Part shown: positions 1-11,489 of the stretch, piece after piece
Layout of the letters: each line of letters starts with the position of its first letter
How positions within the stretch are numbered: position 1 is the stretch's first letter
Made by a program: the position numbers and the translations under genes
Source: Thermoanaerobaculia bacterium
GTDB taxonomy: Bacteria > Acidobacteriota > Thermoanaerobaculia > UBA5066 > Gp7-AA6
Direction: 5' to 3'
Assembly: GCA_038329555.1 (NCBI GenBank)
Contig: JBBQNC010000001.1
Span: 1 to 47,646, forward strand
Length of the DNA stretch: 47,646 bases
The notes under the pieces: model-generated
The model's database searches: none
Told to the model about the DNA's origin: nothing
Seen by the model: the letters and a program-made list of their open reading frames with translations, nothing else

Positions 1-1386
1 TACCGCGTCGAGACCCACGGCAAGCCCATCGTGTTCCTCGACACCCCGGGCCACGAGGCGTTCACCTCCATGCGCGCCCGCGGCGCCAAGGCGACCGACA
101 TCGTGGTGCTGGTCGTGGCCGCGGACGACGGCGTCATGCCCCAGACGATCGAGGCGATCGACCACGCGCGGGCCGCCAAGGTCCCGATCGTCGTCGCGAT
201 CAACAAGATCGACAAGTCCAACGCGAACCCCGACCGGGTGAAGAAGGAGCTCGCCGACCGCGGCGTGCTGCTCGAATCGTGGGGCGGAGACGTTCCCTCG
301 GCGGAGATCTCCGCGCTGAAGAAGGAGGGGATCGATCACCTCCTGGAGCTCATCCTTCTCGTCGCGGAGCTTCAGGAGCTCCGGGCGCCGGCGGTCGATG
401 AGGCCCGCGGGGTCGTCCTCGAGGCGCGGCGCGAGATCGGCCGCGGCAACATCGCGACCGTCCTCGTGCAGGCCGGCAACCTCAAGATCGGCGACGTCTT
501 CTTCGCCGGCTCGGTCTTCGGGCGGGTGCGCTCCATGCAGGACGACCGCGAGAACAAGATCGAGACGGCGGGCCCCGCCACGCCCGTCGAGGTCACCGGC
601 TTCGAGGACCTCCCGCAGGCCGGAGACGCCTTCCAGGTGGTCGAGGACGAGTCGAAGGCGCGCTCCGTGGTGTCTTTCCGCCAGACGAAGGACCGCGAAA
701 AGGCGATGGCGTCGACCTCGAAGTTCTCGCTCGACCAGCTCTTCAACAAGATCCAGGAGGGCCGCGTCAAGGAGCTGCCGATCGTGCTCAAGGCGGACGT
801 CGCCGGCTCGGTCGAAGTGCTGTCGCAGTCGCTCAGGAACCTCTCGAACGAGAAGGTCAAGGTCTCGGTCCTCCACGCGGGCGTCGGAGCGATCAACATC
901 AACGACGTCCTCCTCGCTTCGGCCTCGAAGGCGATCATCGTCGGCTTCAACGTGCGCCCCGAGAAGAAGGCCGAGACGGAAGCCGAGAAGGCCGGCGTCG
1001 ACATCCGCCTGCACACCGTCATCTACAACGTCACCGACGAGATCAAGGCCGCGATGGAAGGCCTGCTCGACCCGACGCTGAAGGAAGTGGCGCAGGGCCG
1101 GGCCGAGGTGCGGAACACGTTCAAGGTGCCGAAGTTCGGCATCGTGGGCGGCTGCTACGTCACCGAGGGCTCCGTCAGCCGCGCCTCGAAGGTCCGCCTG
1201 CTCCGCGACAACCGCGTCATCTACGAGGGCCGGATCGGCTCGCTGCTCCGCTTCAAGGACGACGTGTCCGAGGTCAAGCAGGGATTCGAGTGCGGCATCG
1301 GGCTCGACAAGTACCAGGACTTGAAGGTCGGCGACATCATCGAGGCATACCAGGTCGAGAAGGTCGCGGGAGTCATGAATGCGTAA
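1..1386 (+). CDS. infB: Translation initiation factor IF-2, C-terminal part (5' end cut by window edge)
   Basis: Frame is open from nt 1 ([21 protein letters not shown]). G-domain motifs DTPGHEAF and NKID are present. Stop TAA at 1384-1386. Followed by the classical DUF503-rbfA-truB-rpsO-pnp synteny. Confidence 0.97.
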   Translation, partial: YRVETHGKPIVFLDTPGHEAFTSMRARGAKATDIVVLVVAADDGVMPQTIEAIDHARAAKVPIVVAINKIDKSNANPDRVKKELADRGVLLESWGGDVPSAEISALKKEGIDHLLELILLVAELQELRAPAVDEARGVVLEARREIGRGNIATVLVQAGNLKIGDVFFAGSVFGRVRSMQDDRENKIETAGPATPVEVTGFEDLPQAGDAFQVVEDESKARSVVSFRQTKDREKAMASTSKFSLDQLFNKIQEGRVKELPIVLKADVAGSVEVLSQSLRNLSNEKVKVSVLHAGVGAININDVLLASASKAIIVGFNVRPEKKAETEAEKAGVDIRLHTVIYNVTDEIKAAMEGLLDPTLKEVAQGRAEVRNTFKVPKFGIVGGCYVTEGSVSRASKVRLLRDNRVIYEGRIGSLLRFKDDVSEVKQGFECGIGLDKYQDLKVGDIIEAYQVEKVAGVMNA

Positions 1387-1389
1387 GAA

Positions 1390-1417
1390 GCTCTCAGCTC
1401 TCAGCTCTCAGCTCTCA
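1390..1417. repeat. Heptamer tandem array (GCTCTCA)x4
   Basis: Four perfect 7-nt units read directly. The array begins 4 nt after the infB stop codon. Confidence 0.95.
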
Positions 1418-1451
1418 TCCCTACGGCGAATCGGCCCGGGTCGCCTGAAAA

Positions 1452-1500
1452 CTGACAGCTGACAGCTGACAGCTGACAGCTGACAGCTGACGGCTGACAG
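1452..1500. repeat. Heptamer tandem array (CTGACAG)x7, one CTGACGG variant
   Basis: Seven contiguous 7-nt units read directly. The array ends 6 nt before the ATG at 1507. Confidence 0.95.
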
Positions 1501-1506
1501 CTAGCC

Positions 1507-1794
1507 ATGGTCCTCGCCTACGCCGTCTTCGACCTGCACCTGCCCGGCTGTCGCGGGCTCAAAGAGAAGCGCATGATCGTCAAGAGCCTGAAGACCCGGA
1601 TCCGGAACGAGTTTTCCATCTCCGCCGCCGAGGTGGGCGGCCAGGATCTCCTGCAGCGCTCCGAGCTCGGCGTCGCGGTCGTTGGCCCGGACCAGGCGCC
1701 TCTCGACGCGCTCCTCCAGAACGTCCTTTCCTTCGTCGAGTCGAATTTGGACGGGGAGATCCTCGATTACCGCAACGAGTTCATCCACGTATGA
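1507..1794 (+). CDS. DUF503 (YlxP-like) family protein
   Basis: 95-aa ORF (MVLAYAVFDLHLPGCRGLKEKR...) matches my recollection of the DUF503 family. It occupies the canonical slot between infB and rbfA. Confidence 0.85.
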   Translation: MVLAYAVFDLHLPGCRGLKEKRMIVKSLKTRIRNEFSISAAEVGGQDLLQRSELGVAVVGPDQAPLDALLQNVLSFVESNLDGEILDYRNEFIHV

Positions 1795-1825
1795 GGGGCG
1801 CCGAGAAGGTGACGGGCGAAGGGCG

Positions 1826-2215
1826 ATGAAGAAGCCTTCTCGGAGAAGCGAGCGCGTCGCCGACCTCGTGCGCGCCGAGATCTCGCGTCTCGTGCTTCTC
1901 GAGGCGCACGACCCGGAGCTGCGCAAGGTGACCATCACGGAAGTGTCGATGCCGGGCGACCTCCGCGCGGCGCGCGTCTACTTCTCCGTCCTCGGGGGCG
2001 AGCCGGAACGGGAGGCGGCGCTGGAGGCGCTCGACCGCGCGGCCGGATTCCTGCGCGGGGAGGTCGGCCGGCGCTGCGGGCTCCGCTTCGCCCCCGAGCT
2101 GCACTTCTTCGTCGATCGATCGATCGAGCGCGGCGCGCGCATCGAGGAGCTTCTCGCCGGCGTGACGCCCGCCGAGGACCCGGAGGCCCGGGTTCCCGGG
2201 GACGACGAGGAGTGA
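1826..2215 (+). CDS. rbfA: Ribosome-binding factor A
   Basis: Internal ATG at 1826 of ORF 1682-2215 gives MKKPSRRSERVADLVRAEISRLV..., an RbfA-like N-terminus. A GAAGG lies upstream. The stop overlaps the truB start (GTGA). Confidence 0.9.
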   Translation: MKKPSRRSERVADLVRAEISRLVLLEAHDPELRKVTITEVSMPGDLRAARVYFSVLGGEPEREAALEALDRAAGFLRGEVGRRCGLRFAPELHFFVDRSIERGARIEELLAGVTPAEDPEARVPGDDEE

Positions 2216-3162
2216 CGAGACCCGACTCGCTCTCCCGCGGGTTTCTGATTCTTCTCGACAAGCCGGGCGGCATGACGTCGCACGACGTCGTCGAGCGCGT
2301 GCGACACGCGACGGGCATCGCCCGGATCGGGCACAGCGGCACCCTCGATCCCATGGCGACGGGCCTCCTTCTGCTCTGCGCCGGGGGCGCCGCGCGGCTG
2401 CAGGGATTCTTCACCCTCATGGACAAGTCCTACGAGGGGATCATCCGGCTCGGGCGCGCGACGGACACCTACGACCGGGAGGGCGCGCCGCAGGGCGAGG
2501 AGCGCGACGCGACGCGGGTCGGCGCCGCCGAGCTAGAGGCCGCCGCGCAGGCCTTCCGCGGCGAGTTCCAGCAGTCGCCGCCGCCCTATTCCGCCAAAAA
2601 GGTGAAGGGCCGCAAGCTCTACGAGATGGCGCGCAAGGGGGAGGAGATCCCGATCGTGCCGAAGACCGTCCGCGTGACGGAGCTCGTGCTCTCGGCCCCG
2701 GCCGGCGGCCGGGTCGAGTTCTCGATCTCCTGCTCCTCGGGCACCTACATCCGCTCGATCGCGCACGCGATCGGCGAAGCGGTCGGATGCGGGGCGCACC
2801 TGGAAAGCCTCCGCCGGACGCGGATCGGCGAGTTCAGGGTCGAGCAGGCGATCGCGCTCGAGCTGTTCGAATCCCTTCCCACCGGGGAGCGTCTCGGTCC
2901 GGACCACGCCGTCCCGCTCGCGCGGGTGCCCTTCCCTTTCGAGAGGCTCCGCCTGGCCTCTCTCGAGGCCTGGAAGGTGCGCAAGGGACAGTCGATCCCC
3001 GCCCGAGGCGTGACGTCGCGCGACGGCGAATGGGTGACGCTCGTGGGTCCCGCCGACGAGATGGTCGCGCTCGGGCAGGTCTCGCCGATCGGCCACGGTG
3101 GGATCTCGCTCATCCGGCCGAAGATCGTGCTGGCGGAGGACCCGGTTCCGGGGCGCCGGTAG
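2212..3162 (+). CDS. truB: tRNA pseudouridine(55) synthase TruB
   Basis: GTG start overlaps the rbfA stop. Catalytic motif GHSGTLDPMATGLL and a PUA-like C-terminus are present. Confidence 0.95.
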   Translation: MTRPDSLSRGFLILLDKPGGMTSHDVVERVRHATGIARIGHSGTLDPMATGLLLLCAGGAARLQGFFTLMDKSYEGIIRLGRATDTYDREGAPQGEERDATRVGAAELEAAAQAFRGEFQQSPPPYSAKKVKGRKLYEMARKGEEIPIVPKTVRVTELVLSAPAGGRVEFSISCSSGTYIRSIAHAIGEAVGCGAHLESLRRTRIGEFRVEQAIALELFESLPTGERLGPDHAVPLARVPFPFERLRLASLEAWKVRKGQSIPARGVTSRDGEWVTLVGPADEMVALGQVSPIGHGGISLIRPKIVLAEDPVPGRR

Positions 3163-3256
3163 CCGTCGTTTCCTCTGGAACAGGCCCGGCGGGCATGGTA
3201 GGCTCATCGTTTATTAAAAAGTAGAGTGTTGAGAGATTGAGGCTATTGGAGGATTC

Positions 3257-3532
3257 TTGAACGCCACCACCTACGTCACCGAAAAACCGAACATCGTGCG
3301 GGATTACCGCACGCACGATTCGGACACCGGGTCCCCGGAGGTCCAGGTCGCTCTCCTGACGAACCGGATCACCTACCTCACGGACCATTTCAAGACGAAC
3401 GCGAAGGACCACCATTCCCGCCGCGGTCTCCTGAAGCTCGTTTCACGCCGGCGCCGCCTCCTCGACTACCTGAAGAGCGAGGACAGCGACCGCTACCACC
3501 GGTTGATCGAGCGCCTCGGAATCCGTAAGTAA
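3257..3532 (+). CDS. rpsO: 30S ribosomal protein S15
   Basis: TTG start at 3257, 3 nt after GGAGGA (3248-3253). The 91-aa product carries S15 hallmarks ([22 protein letters not shown]...[11 protein letters not shown]). Confidence 0.95.
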   Translation: MNATTYVTEKPNIVRDYRTHDSDTGSPEVQVALLTNRITYLTDHFKTNAKDHHSRRGLLKLVSRRRRLLDYLKSEDSDRYHRLIERLGIRK

Positions 3533-3539
3533 CTGATCC

Positions 3540-3557
3540 TCCGGCCGAGGGGCCGGA
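3540..3557 (+). promoter_or_regulatory. rpsO-pnp intergenic hairpin (attenuator or processing-site candidate)
   Basis: TCCGGCC-gagg-GGCCGGA, a 7-bp stem 8 nt after the rpsO stop with no U-tract. In E. coli the equivalent spacer holds a terminator/RNase III hairpin that controls pnp. Confidence 0.4.
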
Positions 3558-3647
3558 CTGGAATGGCACGGAGAACGACGGGGCGCACGCCCCCGGCTCC
3601 CGCTTCCTGCCGACCCGTTCCCCTCGCCGCTTTCGAAAGGAAAACCC

Positions 3648-5870
<2,223 letters not shown>

Positions 5871-5890
5871 CGGACGCCTCGAGCGGATCC

Positions 5891-5918
5891 GGCGCGGCGC
5901 TCTCGAAGGCGCCGCGCC
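5891..5918 (+). terminator. GC-rich hairpin after pnp (possible terminator)
   Basis: GGCGCGGCGC-tctcgaag-GCGCCGCGCC, a perfect 10-bp stem 21 nt after the pnp stop. Only a weak T-rich tail follows (cattt). Confidence 0.45.
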
Positions 5919-5994
5919 CGGACTCGCATTTCCTCTCCCCTACCCGGGCACGGGGCTTGCTCCGGCCCATCTGAAACCCCAAACAGGAGGACTC

Positions 5995-6861
5995 ATGCTC
6001 CGCACTTCCTCATTCCGCCAAGTCGTTCTGGCCTCGGGTGTCGCCCTCGGTCTCATGGCCTGTCGCCAGCGGGGCGTCGACACCGCCGCGGCGACCACGA
6101 CGCCGGCCGCCGAGACGGCGACGGCGACGGCGACGACGACCAAAACCGGCTCGCCCGGCACGGCCGTCGAAACCACGACGACGACCACCACGACCCGCCT
6201 CGTCACCGTCGACCCGGTTGAGGCGTCGCAGCACAACGCCACGAGGCGGCGCGCGCGGCCGGCGGCCGCGGGTTCGCCCCGCAGCGGCGAGCCCGCCGGC
6301 TCCTCCGAGGCGCAACGCGGACCCGCGCCCTCCGCCCGCGCCCACGAAGTCCCCTCGGGAACGATCCTCCGTGTGAAGTTCGACAAGACCATCTCGACCG
6401 CGACGGCCCGGACGGGAGAGACCGCTTCGGGCGAGCTCCTGGACGATCTGCTCGCCGAGGACGACGTCGTCGTCGCTCCTTCGGGATCGCGCGTGCGCGG
6501 CCGCGTCGAGAACGTGGCGTCCTCCGGCAAGCTCGCGGGCGCCGCCCAGATGACTTTCCGGCTCACGGATCTCCAGGTGAACGGGCGCTGGATTCCGATC
6601 TCGACTTCCGCTTATGAGCGCAAGGGAGACACCCACACGAAGCGCAACGCCGGCTACATCGCCGGCGGCGCAGCCGTCGGAGCGCTGCTCGGCCAGGTCC
6701 TTGGCCGCGACACCGCGTCGACGCTGACGGGAGCCGCCGCGGGAGCCGCCGCGGGCACCGGCGCGGCCACCCTGAGCGGCGATCTCGACTTCGAGATCGA
6801 AGCAGGGCGCCCGATCGCATTCACGCTCGATGAACCGATGCGGCTGGCCGCCACCCGCTGA
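5995..6861 (+). CDS. Putative lipoprotein with Thr/Ala-rich linker and C-terminal glycine-zipper
   Basis: ATG 5995 is preceded by AGGAGG (5985-5990). Signal peptide ends in a lipobox-like LMAC. Poly-Thr run TTTTTTTT. C-terminus YIAGGAAVGALLGQVLG...GAAAGAAAGTGAA resembles SlyB/17-kDa-antigen Gly-zipper proteins. Confidence 0.75.
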   Translation: MLRTSSFRQVVLASGVALGLMACRQRGVDTAAATTTPAAETATATATTTKTGSPGTAVETTTTTTTTRLVTVDPVEASQHNATRRRARPAAAGSPRSGEPAGSSEAQRGPAPSARAHEVPSGTILRVKFDKTISTATARTGETASGELLDDLLAEDDVVVAPSGSRVRGRVENVASSGKLAGAAQMTFRLTDLQVNGRWIPISTSAYERKGDTHTKRNAGYIAGGAAVGALLGQVLGRDTASTLTGAAAGAAAGTGAATLSGDLDFEIEAGRPIAFTLDEPMRLAATR

Positions 6862-6888
6862 CGCCTTCTCGCCTTCGTTCGAGCTTCC

Positions 6889-6915
6889 GGGCCGCCTTCG
6901 GGCGGCCCTTTTTTT
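6889..6915 (+). terminator. Rho-independent terminator
   Basis: GGGCCGCC-ttcg-GGCGGCCC followed by TTTTTTT, 28 nt after the lipoprotein stop. Confidence 0.85.
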
Positions 6916-7014
6916 CCTCCGTGCGGACCGGCGAGGAGCGAGAGGGCGGGCCGCCGAAAGCGCGCGCTCGCGGGTAGACTGCGCTGACTGCACACTCACG
7001 AAAGAGGAGGACCC

Positions 7015-10000
7015 GTGATTTCACCCTTGCGCGCTCTGGCGGGAGCCTCGCTTCTCGCGCTCGGCGCCCTCTCGTTCGCATCCTCGGAGTCGGATTCGGG
7101 GAGTTCGGCGCCGGCGCCGTTTTCGGAGATGCGCTGGCGGTGCATCGGCCCGTTCCGCGGCGGAAGGACGGTGGGCGCCGCCGGGATCCCCGATCAGCCG
7201 AACGTATTCTTCGTCGGCGTGAACAACGGCGGCGTCTGGAAGACGACGGACGCCGGGCGCGTATGGACGCCCATCTTCGACGGCCAGGCCACCCAGTCAA
7301 TCGGCGCTATCGCGCTCGCTCCGTCCGACCCGAACGTCCTCTACGTCGGAAGCGGGGAGGGGCTTCAGCGTCCCGACCTTTCCGTGGGCGATGGGATCTA
7401 CCGCTCCACGGACGGGGGAAAGACCTGGCGTCATCTCGGCCTGCGCGACGGACAGCAGATCAGCGCGCTCGCCGTCCACCCCCGCGATCCCCGGCGCGTC
7501 TTCGCCGCCGTACTCGGGCATCCCTACGGTCCGAACGTCGAGCGCGGGCTCTTCCGCTCGAAGGACGGCGGCGAGACGTGGGAAAAGGTTCTCTATCGGG
7601 ACGAGGACACGGGCGCCGTCGCGGTCGTGCTCGACCCGAAGAACCCGGAGGTCGTGTATGCGGACCTCTGGTCGGCGCGGCAGGCTCCCTGGGAGATTGG
7701 CGCCTCGTTCAACGGCCCGGGCAGCGGGCTCTACAAGTCGACCGACGGCGGGGCGACCTGGAACCGGCTCGAGCGGGGGCTTCCGACGAACGCGCAGGGG
7801 CTCGGAAGGATCGGCATCGCCGTGGCGCCCTCGGACTCCAACCGGCTGTATGCGCAGGTCGACGCGGCTCCGGCGCACGGCGGCACGTACCGATCGGACG
7901 ACGCCGGTGCGTCGTGGAGTCGCGTCAATGCCGAGACCCGCGTCTGGGGACGGGGCGGGGACTTCGCGGAAGTGAAGGTGCACCCGTCGAATCCCGACGT
8001 CGTCTTCGCCGCGAACACGTCCACGTACCGCTCCGACGACGGAGGGCGGACATTCACCGCGATCAAGGGCGCCCCGGGCGGCGACGATTACCACACGATC
8101 TGGATCAACCCGCTCCACCCGGAGATCCTCCTGCTCGCGGCCGACCAGGGCGCGACGATCACGGTGAACGGGGGAAAGACCTGGAGCAGCTGGTACAACC
8201 AGCCGACGGCGCAGTTCTACCACGTGATCACCGACGACCGGTTTCCTTACCGCGTCTATGGAGGCCAGCAGGAGAGCGGATCAGCCGCCGTCCTGAGCCG
8301 CGGAGACTCGGGCGCGATCACGTTCCACGACTGGGAGCCCGTCGGCGTCGAGGAGTATGGCTACGTCGCGCCCGATCCTCTCGACCCGGACGTCGTGTAC
8401 GGCGGGAAGGCGACCCGGTTCGACCGGAGGACGGGCGTCCTGCAGGACATCTCCCCCGCGCCGCTGCGCGGCGGGAAGTACCGGTTCGTCCGCACGATGC
8501 CCATCCTCTTCTCGCCCACGGATCCGAAGACCCTGTACCTGGGCTCGAACGTGCTCTTCCGGACGCGAGACGGCGGGAGGAGCTGGGACGTCCTCTCGCC
8601 CGACCTGACCCGCGAGTCCTACGAGACGCCTCCGAGCCTGGGCACGTTCGCGCCGCTCGATCCGGAGAAGGGGAAGCATCGCGGGGTCATCTACGCGCTC
8701 GCCCCTTCCCCCAAAGACAGCAACGTGATCTGGTCGGGGACGGACGACGGGCTGATCCACGTCACGCGCGACGGCGGCAAGACGTGGAAGAACGTCACGC
8801 CGAAGGCCCTGACCCCCTGGAGCAAGGTATCCCTCCTCGAGGCCTCGCGCTTCGACGCCCCGACGGCGTATGCGGCCGTCAACCGCTTCCGGCTGGACGA
8901 CTTGAAGCCCCATATCTGGCGGACGAAGGACTCGGGCGCGACGTGGGAGGAGATCGTCCGCGGGATTCCCGAGAACGCGGTGGTCAACGCCGTGCGGGAG
9001 GACCCGGTCCGCAGGGGTCTTCTCTTCGCGGGCACAGAGCGGGGCGTCTTCGTCTCGTTCGACGACGGCGGACGGTGGCAGGCGCTCCAGCTGAACCTTC
9101 CCGCGACCTCGGTCCGGGATCTCGTGATCCACGGCGACGATCTCGTCGTCGGGACCCACGGGCGGTCCTTCTGGATCTTAGACGACGTCTCGCCACTCCG
9201 GCAGAGCACGCCCGAAATCGCCGCGGCCGATCTTCACCTCTTCAGTCCCGCGACGGCCACCCGGGTGCGCCGGAGCATCTGGCCCGACACGCCCCTTCCG
9301 CCCGAAGAGCCCGCCGGGCAGAACCCTCCGGACGGCGCCATCGTGGACTACGCGTTGAAGGCCCGCGCGGAAGTCCCCGTGACCCTCGAGTTCTCGGATT
9401 CCGCGGGGCGGCTCGTGCGGCGGTTCTCGAGCGACGACCGGCCCGAGCCGATCGACCCCGAGCTGAACGTCCCCACGTACTGGGTCCGGCCCGCGCGCAC
9501 GCTCTCGGCCGGGCCGGGCATGCATCGGTTCGTCTGGGATCTGCGATTCCCCTCCCCGGTGGTGCGCGAGCACGAGTACCCGATCTCCGCCGTGCCCGGT
9601 GACACGCCGCGCGGCCCGCAGGGCCCGCTCGTGCTCCCGGGCCGATACACGGTCCGCCTGACCGCCGGGAAAAAGACCCTCACGCAGCCGCTGACGGTGC
9701 GGATGGACCCGCGAGTGCCGGCGCCGGCCGCCGCGCTCGCGCGGCAGCTCGAGGTCGCCAGCGGGATCTCCGACGCGCTCCGCCGGGACGCGCAGGCGCT
9801 GGAGGACCTGCGCGCGCTCCGGGCGAAGCGCAGGAGCACCGACGGGGCCGCCCGGCGATCCGCGTCGGCGGATCCCGCGTCGCTCGACGCGAAGGCGGCC
9901 GCTCTCGAAGGCGCCGGACCCGAGAGCCTCGTCGGGTTGAGCGAGAGGCTCTCCGTGCTCTACGCGATCGTCGAGAGCGCGGACGCGACTCCGACCACCC

Positions 10001-10098
10001 AGGTCGAGTCGGCGTGGAAGGAGCTCCAGGCATCGCTTTCGAGAGCCCTCGCGCGCTGGGAGGAGCTCTCGACGGCGGCTGTGCCGGCGGGCCGCTGA
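7015..10098 (+). CDS. Secreted BNR/Asp-box repeat (sortilin/VPS10-like) beta-propeller protein
   Basis: GTG start preceded by GAGGAGG, followed by a signal peptide. About ten Asp-box motifs (STDGGKTW, SKDGGETW, STDGGATW, SDDAGASW, SDDGGRTF, TRDGGRSW, TRDGGKTW, TKDSGATW...). Confidence 0.88.
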   Translation: MISPLRALAGASLLALGALSFASSESDSGSSAPAPFSEMRWRCIGPFRGGRTVGAAGIPDQPNVFFVGVNNGGVWKTTDAGRVWTPIFDGQATQSIGAIALAPSDPNVLYVGSGEGLQRPDLSVGDGIYRSTDGGKTWRHLGLRDGQQISALAVHPRDPRRVFAAVLGHPYGPNVERGLFRSKDGGETWEKVLYRDEDTGAVAVVLDPKNPEVVYADLWSARQAPWEIGASFNGPGSGLYKSTDGGATWNRLERGLPTNAQGLGRIGIAVAPSDSNRLYAQVDAAPAHGGTYRSDDAGASWSRVNAETRVWGRGGDFAEVKVHPSNPDVVFAANTSTYRSDDGGRTFTAIKGAPGGDDYHTIWINPLHPEILLLAADQGATITVNGGKTWSSWYNQPTAQFYHVITDDRFPYRVYGGQQESGSAAVLSRGDSGAITFHDWEPVGVEEYGYVAPDPLDPDVVYGGKATRFDRRTGVLQDISPAPLRGGKYRFVRTMPILFSPTDPKTLYLGSNVLFRTRDGGRSWDVLSPDLTRESYETPPSLGTFAPLDPEKGKHRGVIYALAPSPKDSNVIWSGTDDGLIHVTRDGGKTWKNVTPKALTPWSKVSLLEASRFDAPTAYAAVNRFRLDDLKPHIWRTKDSGATWEEIVRGIPENAVVNAVREDPVRRGLLFAGTERGVFVSFDDGGRWQALQLNLPATSVRDLVIHGDDLVVGTHGRSFWILDDVSPLRQSTPEIAAADLHLFSPATATRVRRSIWPDTPLPPEEPAGQNPPDGAIVDYALKARAEVPVTLEFSDSAGRLVRRFSSDDRPEPIDPELNVPTYWVRPARTLSAGPGMHRFVWDLRFPSPVVREHEYPISAVPGDTPRGPQGPLVLPGRYTVRLTAGKKTLTQPLTVRMDPRVPAPAAALARQLEVASGISDALRRDAQALEDLRALRAKRRSTDGAARRSASADPASLDAKAAALEGAGPESLVGLSERLSVLYAIVESADATPTTQVESAWKELQASLSRALARWEELSTAAVPAGR

Positions 10099-10128
10099 GC
10101 GTCCGCTGAAGCGCTCGAGAGAAAACCT

Positions 10129-10158
10129 CCTCTCCACCCGCGACAGCGGGGGGAGAGG
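10129..10158. repeat. REP-like palindromic element, copy 1
   Basis: CCTCTCC-a-CCCGC-gaca-GCGGG-g-GGAGAGG hairpin in the convergent intergenic region. Confidence 0.7.
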
Positions 10159-10217
10159 CAGTGTGAGGGGGGCAAGCCGCGAACTGGCCTGATCTGCAGC
10201 GATTCCCCGCACCCCAT

Positions 10218-10247
10218 CCCTCTCCCCCGAACGCGGGGGAGAGAGGG
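10218..10247. repeat. REP-like palindromic element, copy 2
   Basis: CCC-TCTCCCCCG-aacg-CGGGGGAGA-ga-GGG hairpin with the same CTCTCC..CCCG/CGGG..GGAGAG arms as copy 1. Confidence 0.7.
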
Positions 10248-10287
10248 CGCCTTCGTGGCGCGGGGTTCTCTCGCTGTGTCCGACCCG

Positions 10288-10656
10288 TCAGTACGGCATC
10301 TCCTCGTCGTCCAGCCCGAGCATGTGCCCGATCTCGTGGACGACGGTGTCGCGGATCTCCCGGACTGCCTCGCCCCGCTGGCCGCAGGAGCGCAGGATCG
10401 GGCCCCGGAAGATCGCGATCTGCGCGGGCAGGTGGGTGACGGCCGCGCCGCGATCGAAGACTCCGATCCCGCGAAAGATCCCGAAGAGCTCCTCGTCGTC
10501 GGGGGTGTCGGTCTCCTCGTAGTCGTCCTGCGTCGGCTCCTCCTCGACCATCACGACCACGTTGTCCAGGTATTTGCGAAATGCCGCCGGGACCTTCGCG
10601 AGCGCTTCCTCGACGACGGCGTCGAACTGCTCCGGCGAGAACCGCCCGACGGTCAT
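10288..10656 (-). CDS. Zincin-like metallopeptidase family protein (Zincin_1 / former DUF1025 type)
   Basis: 122 aa from the internal ATG. C-terminal HEIGHMLG zinc motif and an acidic linker. The start overlaps the tatD stop (ATGA). Confidence 0.8.
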   Translation of the reverse strand: MTVGRFSPEQFDAVVEEALAKVPAAFRKYLDNVVVMVEEEPTQDDYEETDTPDDEELFGIFRGIGVFDRGAAVTHLPAQIAIFRGPILRSCGQRGEAVREIRDTVVHEIGHMLGLDDEEMPY

Positions 10657-11450
10657 CGGAGGAAGAGTTCCTCGAAGTTGGCGGTGGTCGCCGCAGCGAC
10701 GGCGGCCAGGTCCGTCTTCTTCACCTCGGCGAGCCTTTTCGCGGTCTCGACGACGAAGGCGGGCTCGCAGGGTCTTCCCCGGTAGGGAACGGGGGCGAGA
10801 AACGGCGTGTCGGTCTCGACGAGCATCGCTTCGAGAGGGAGCGCGGCCGCCGCCTCCCGGATGTTCTCCGCGGGACGGAACGTGAGCATTCCGGAGAAGG
10901 AGATGCGGTAGCCGAGGTCGATCGCCTTCCGTCCGTACTCGGGCCCCTCGGTGAAGGAGTGGTAGACGCCGGGGCGTTCGCGCGGAGAGAGACGCGCCAG
11001 CAGCGACAGCATCTCCGCCCCGCTCTCGCGGTTGTGAAGGATCGCGGGCTTTTCGAGCCGCCGGGCGAGATCGAGCATCCACTCGAGGACCTCGATCTGG
11101 ACGGCGCGCGGGGAAAGGTCGTAGTGGAAGTCGAGCCCCACCTCTCCGATCGCCGCCACCTTCGGATGCCTGGCGAGCGCCTCGAGCGCCGCGCCGTCCC
11201 TCGAGGGATCGAAGTCCTTCGCCTCGTGCGGGTGGATCCCGACCGCCGCCACGACGTCCGCATGCCCCTCCGCGACGGCGATCGCCTTCGCCGAGTCCTC
11301 GAGGGTGGTGCCGGGGACGAGAAAACGGCCGACCCCGGCCGACCGCGCCCGCGCGAGAAGGGTGGCCGCATCGGTCGGGACACCGTCGCGGCCGTCCATC
11401 TGGAGATGGCAGTGCGAGTCGCAGAGACGCGGGCGATCGGAGACGATCAT
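10653..11450 (-). CDS. tatD: TatD family metal-dependent hydrolase/DNase
   Basis: 265 aa. N-terminal DSHCHL motif and TIM-barrel hydrolase pattern (GIHPHEA, EVGLDFHY, LVETDTPFLAP). Confidence 0.92.
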   Translation of the reverse strand: MIVSDRPRLCDSHCHLQMDGRDGVPTDAATLLARARSAGVGRFLVPGTTLEDSAKAIAVAEGHADVVAAVGIHPHEAKDFDPSRDGAALEALARHPKVAAIGEVGLDFHYDLSPRAVQIEVLEWMLDLARRLEKPAILHNRESGAEMLSLLARLSPRERPGVYHSFTEGPEYGRKAIDLGYRISFSGMLTFRPAENIREAAAALPLEAMLVETDTPFLAPVPYRGRPCEPAFVVETAKRLAEVKKTDLAAVAAATTANFEELFLR

Positions 11451-11489
11451 GGGGGTCGCGATGGGGAAGAGCGGTCGGCGGCGGGGCGG

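Noticed and set aside
1390-1500. Tandem arrays considered as CRISPR (also 22388-22555 and 46918-47104).
   Set aside because: The units are 7-8 nt or contiguous 61-mers with no unique spacers between them, and no cas genes are in the window.
3163-3256. AT-rich stretch upstream of rpsO (TTTATTAAAAAGTAGAGTGTTGAGAGATTGAGGCTATTGGAGG) as a promoter.
   Set aside because: It is plausibly the rpsO promoter/leader. I could not identify a convincing -35/-10 pair with proper spacing, so no feature was called.
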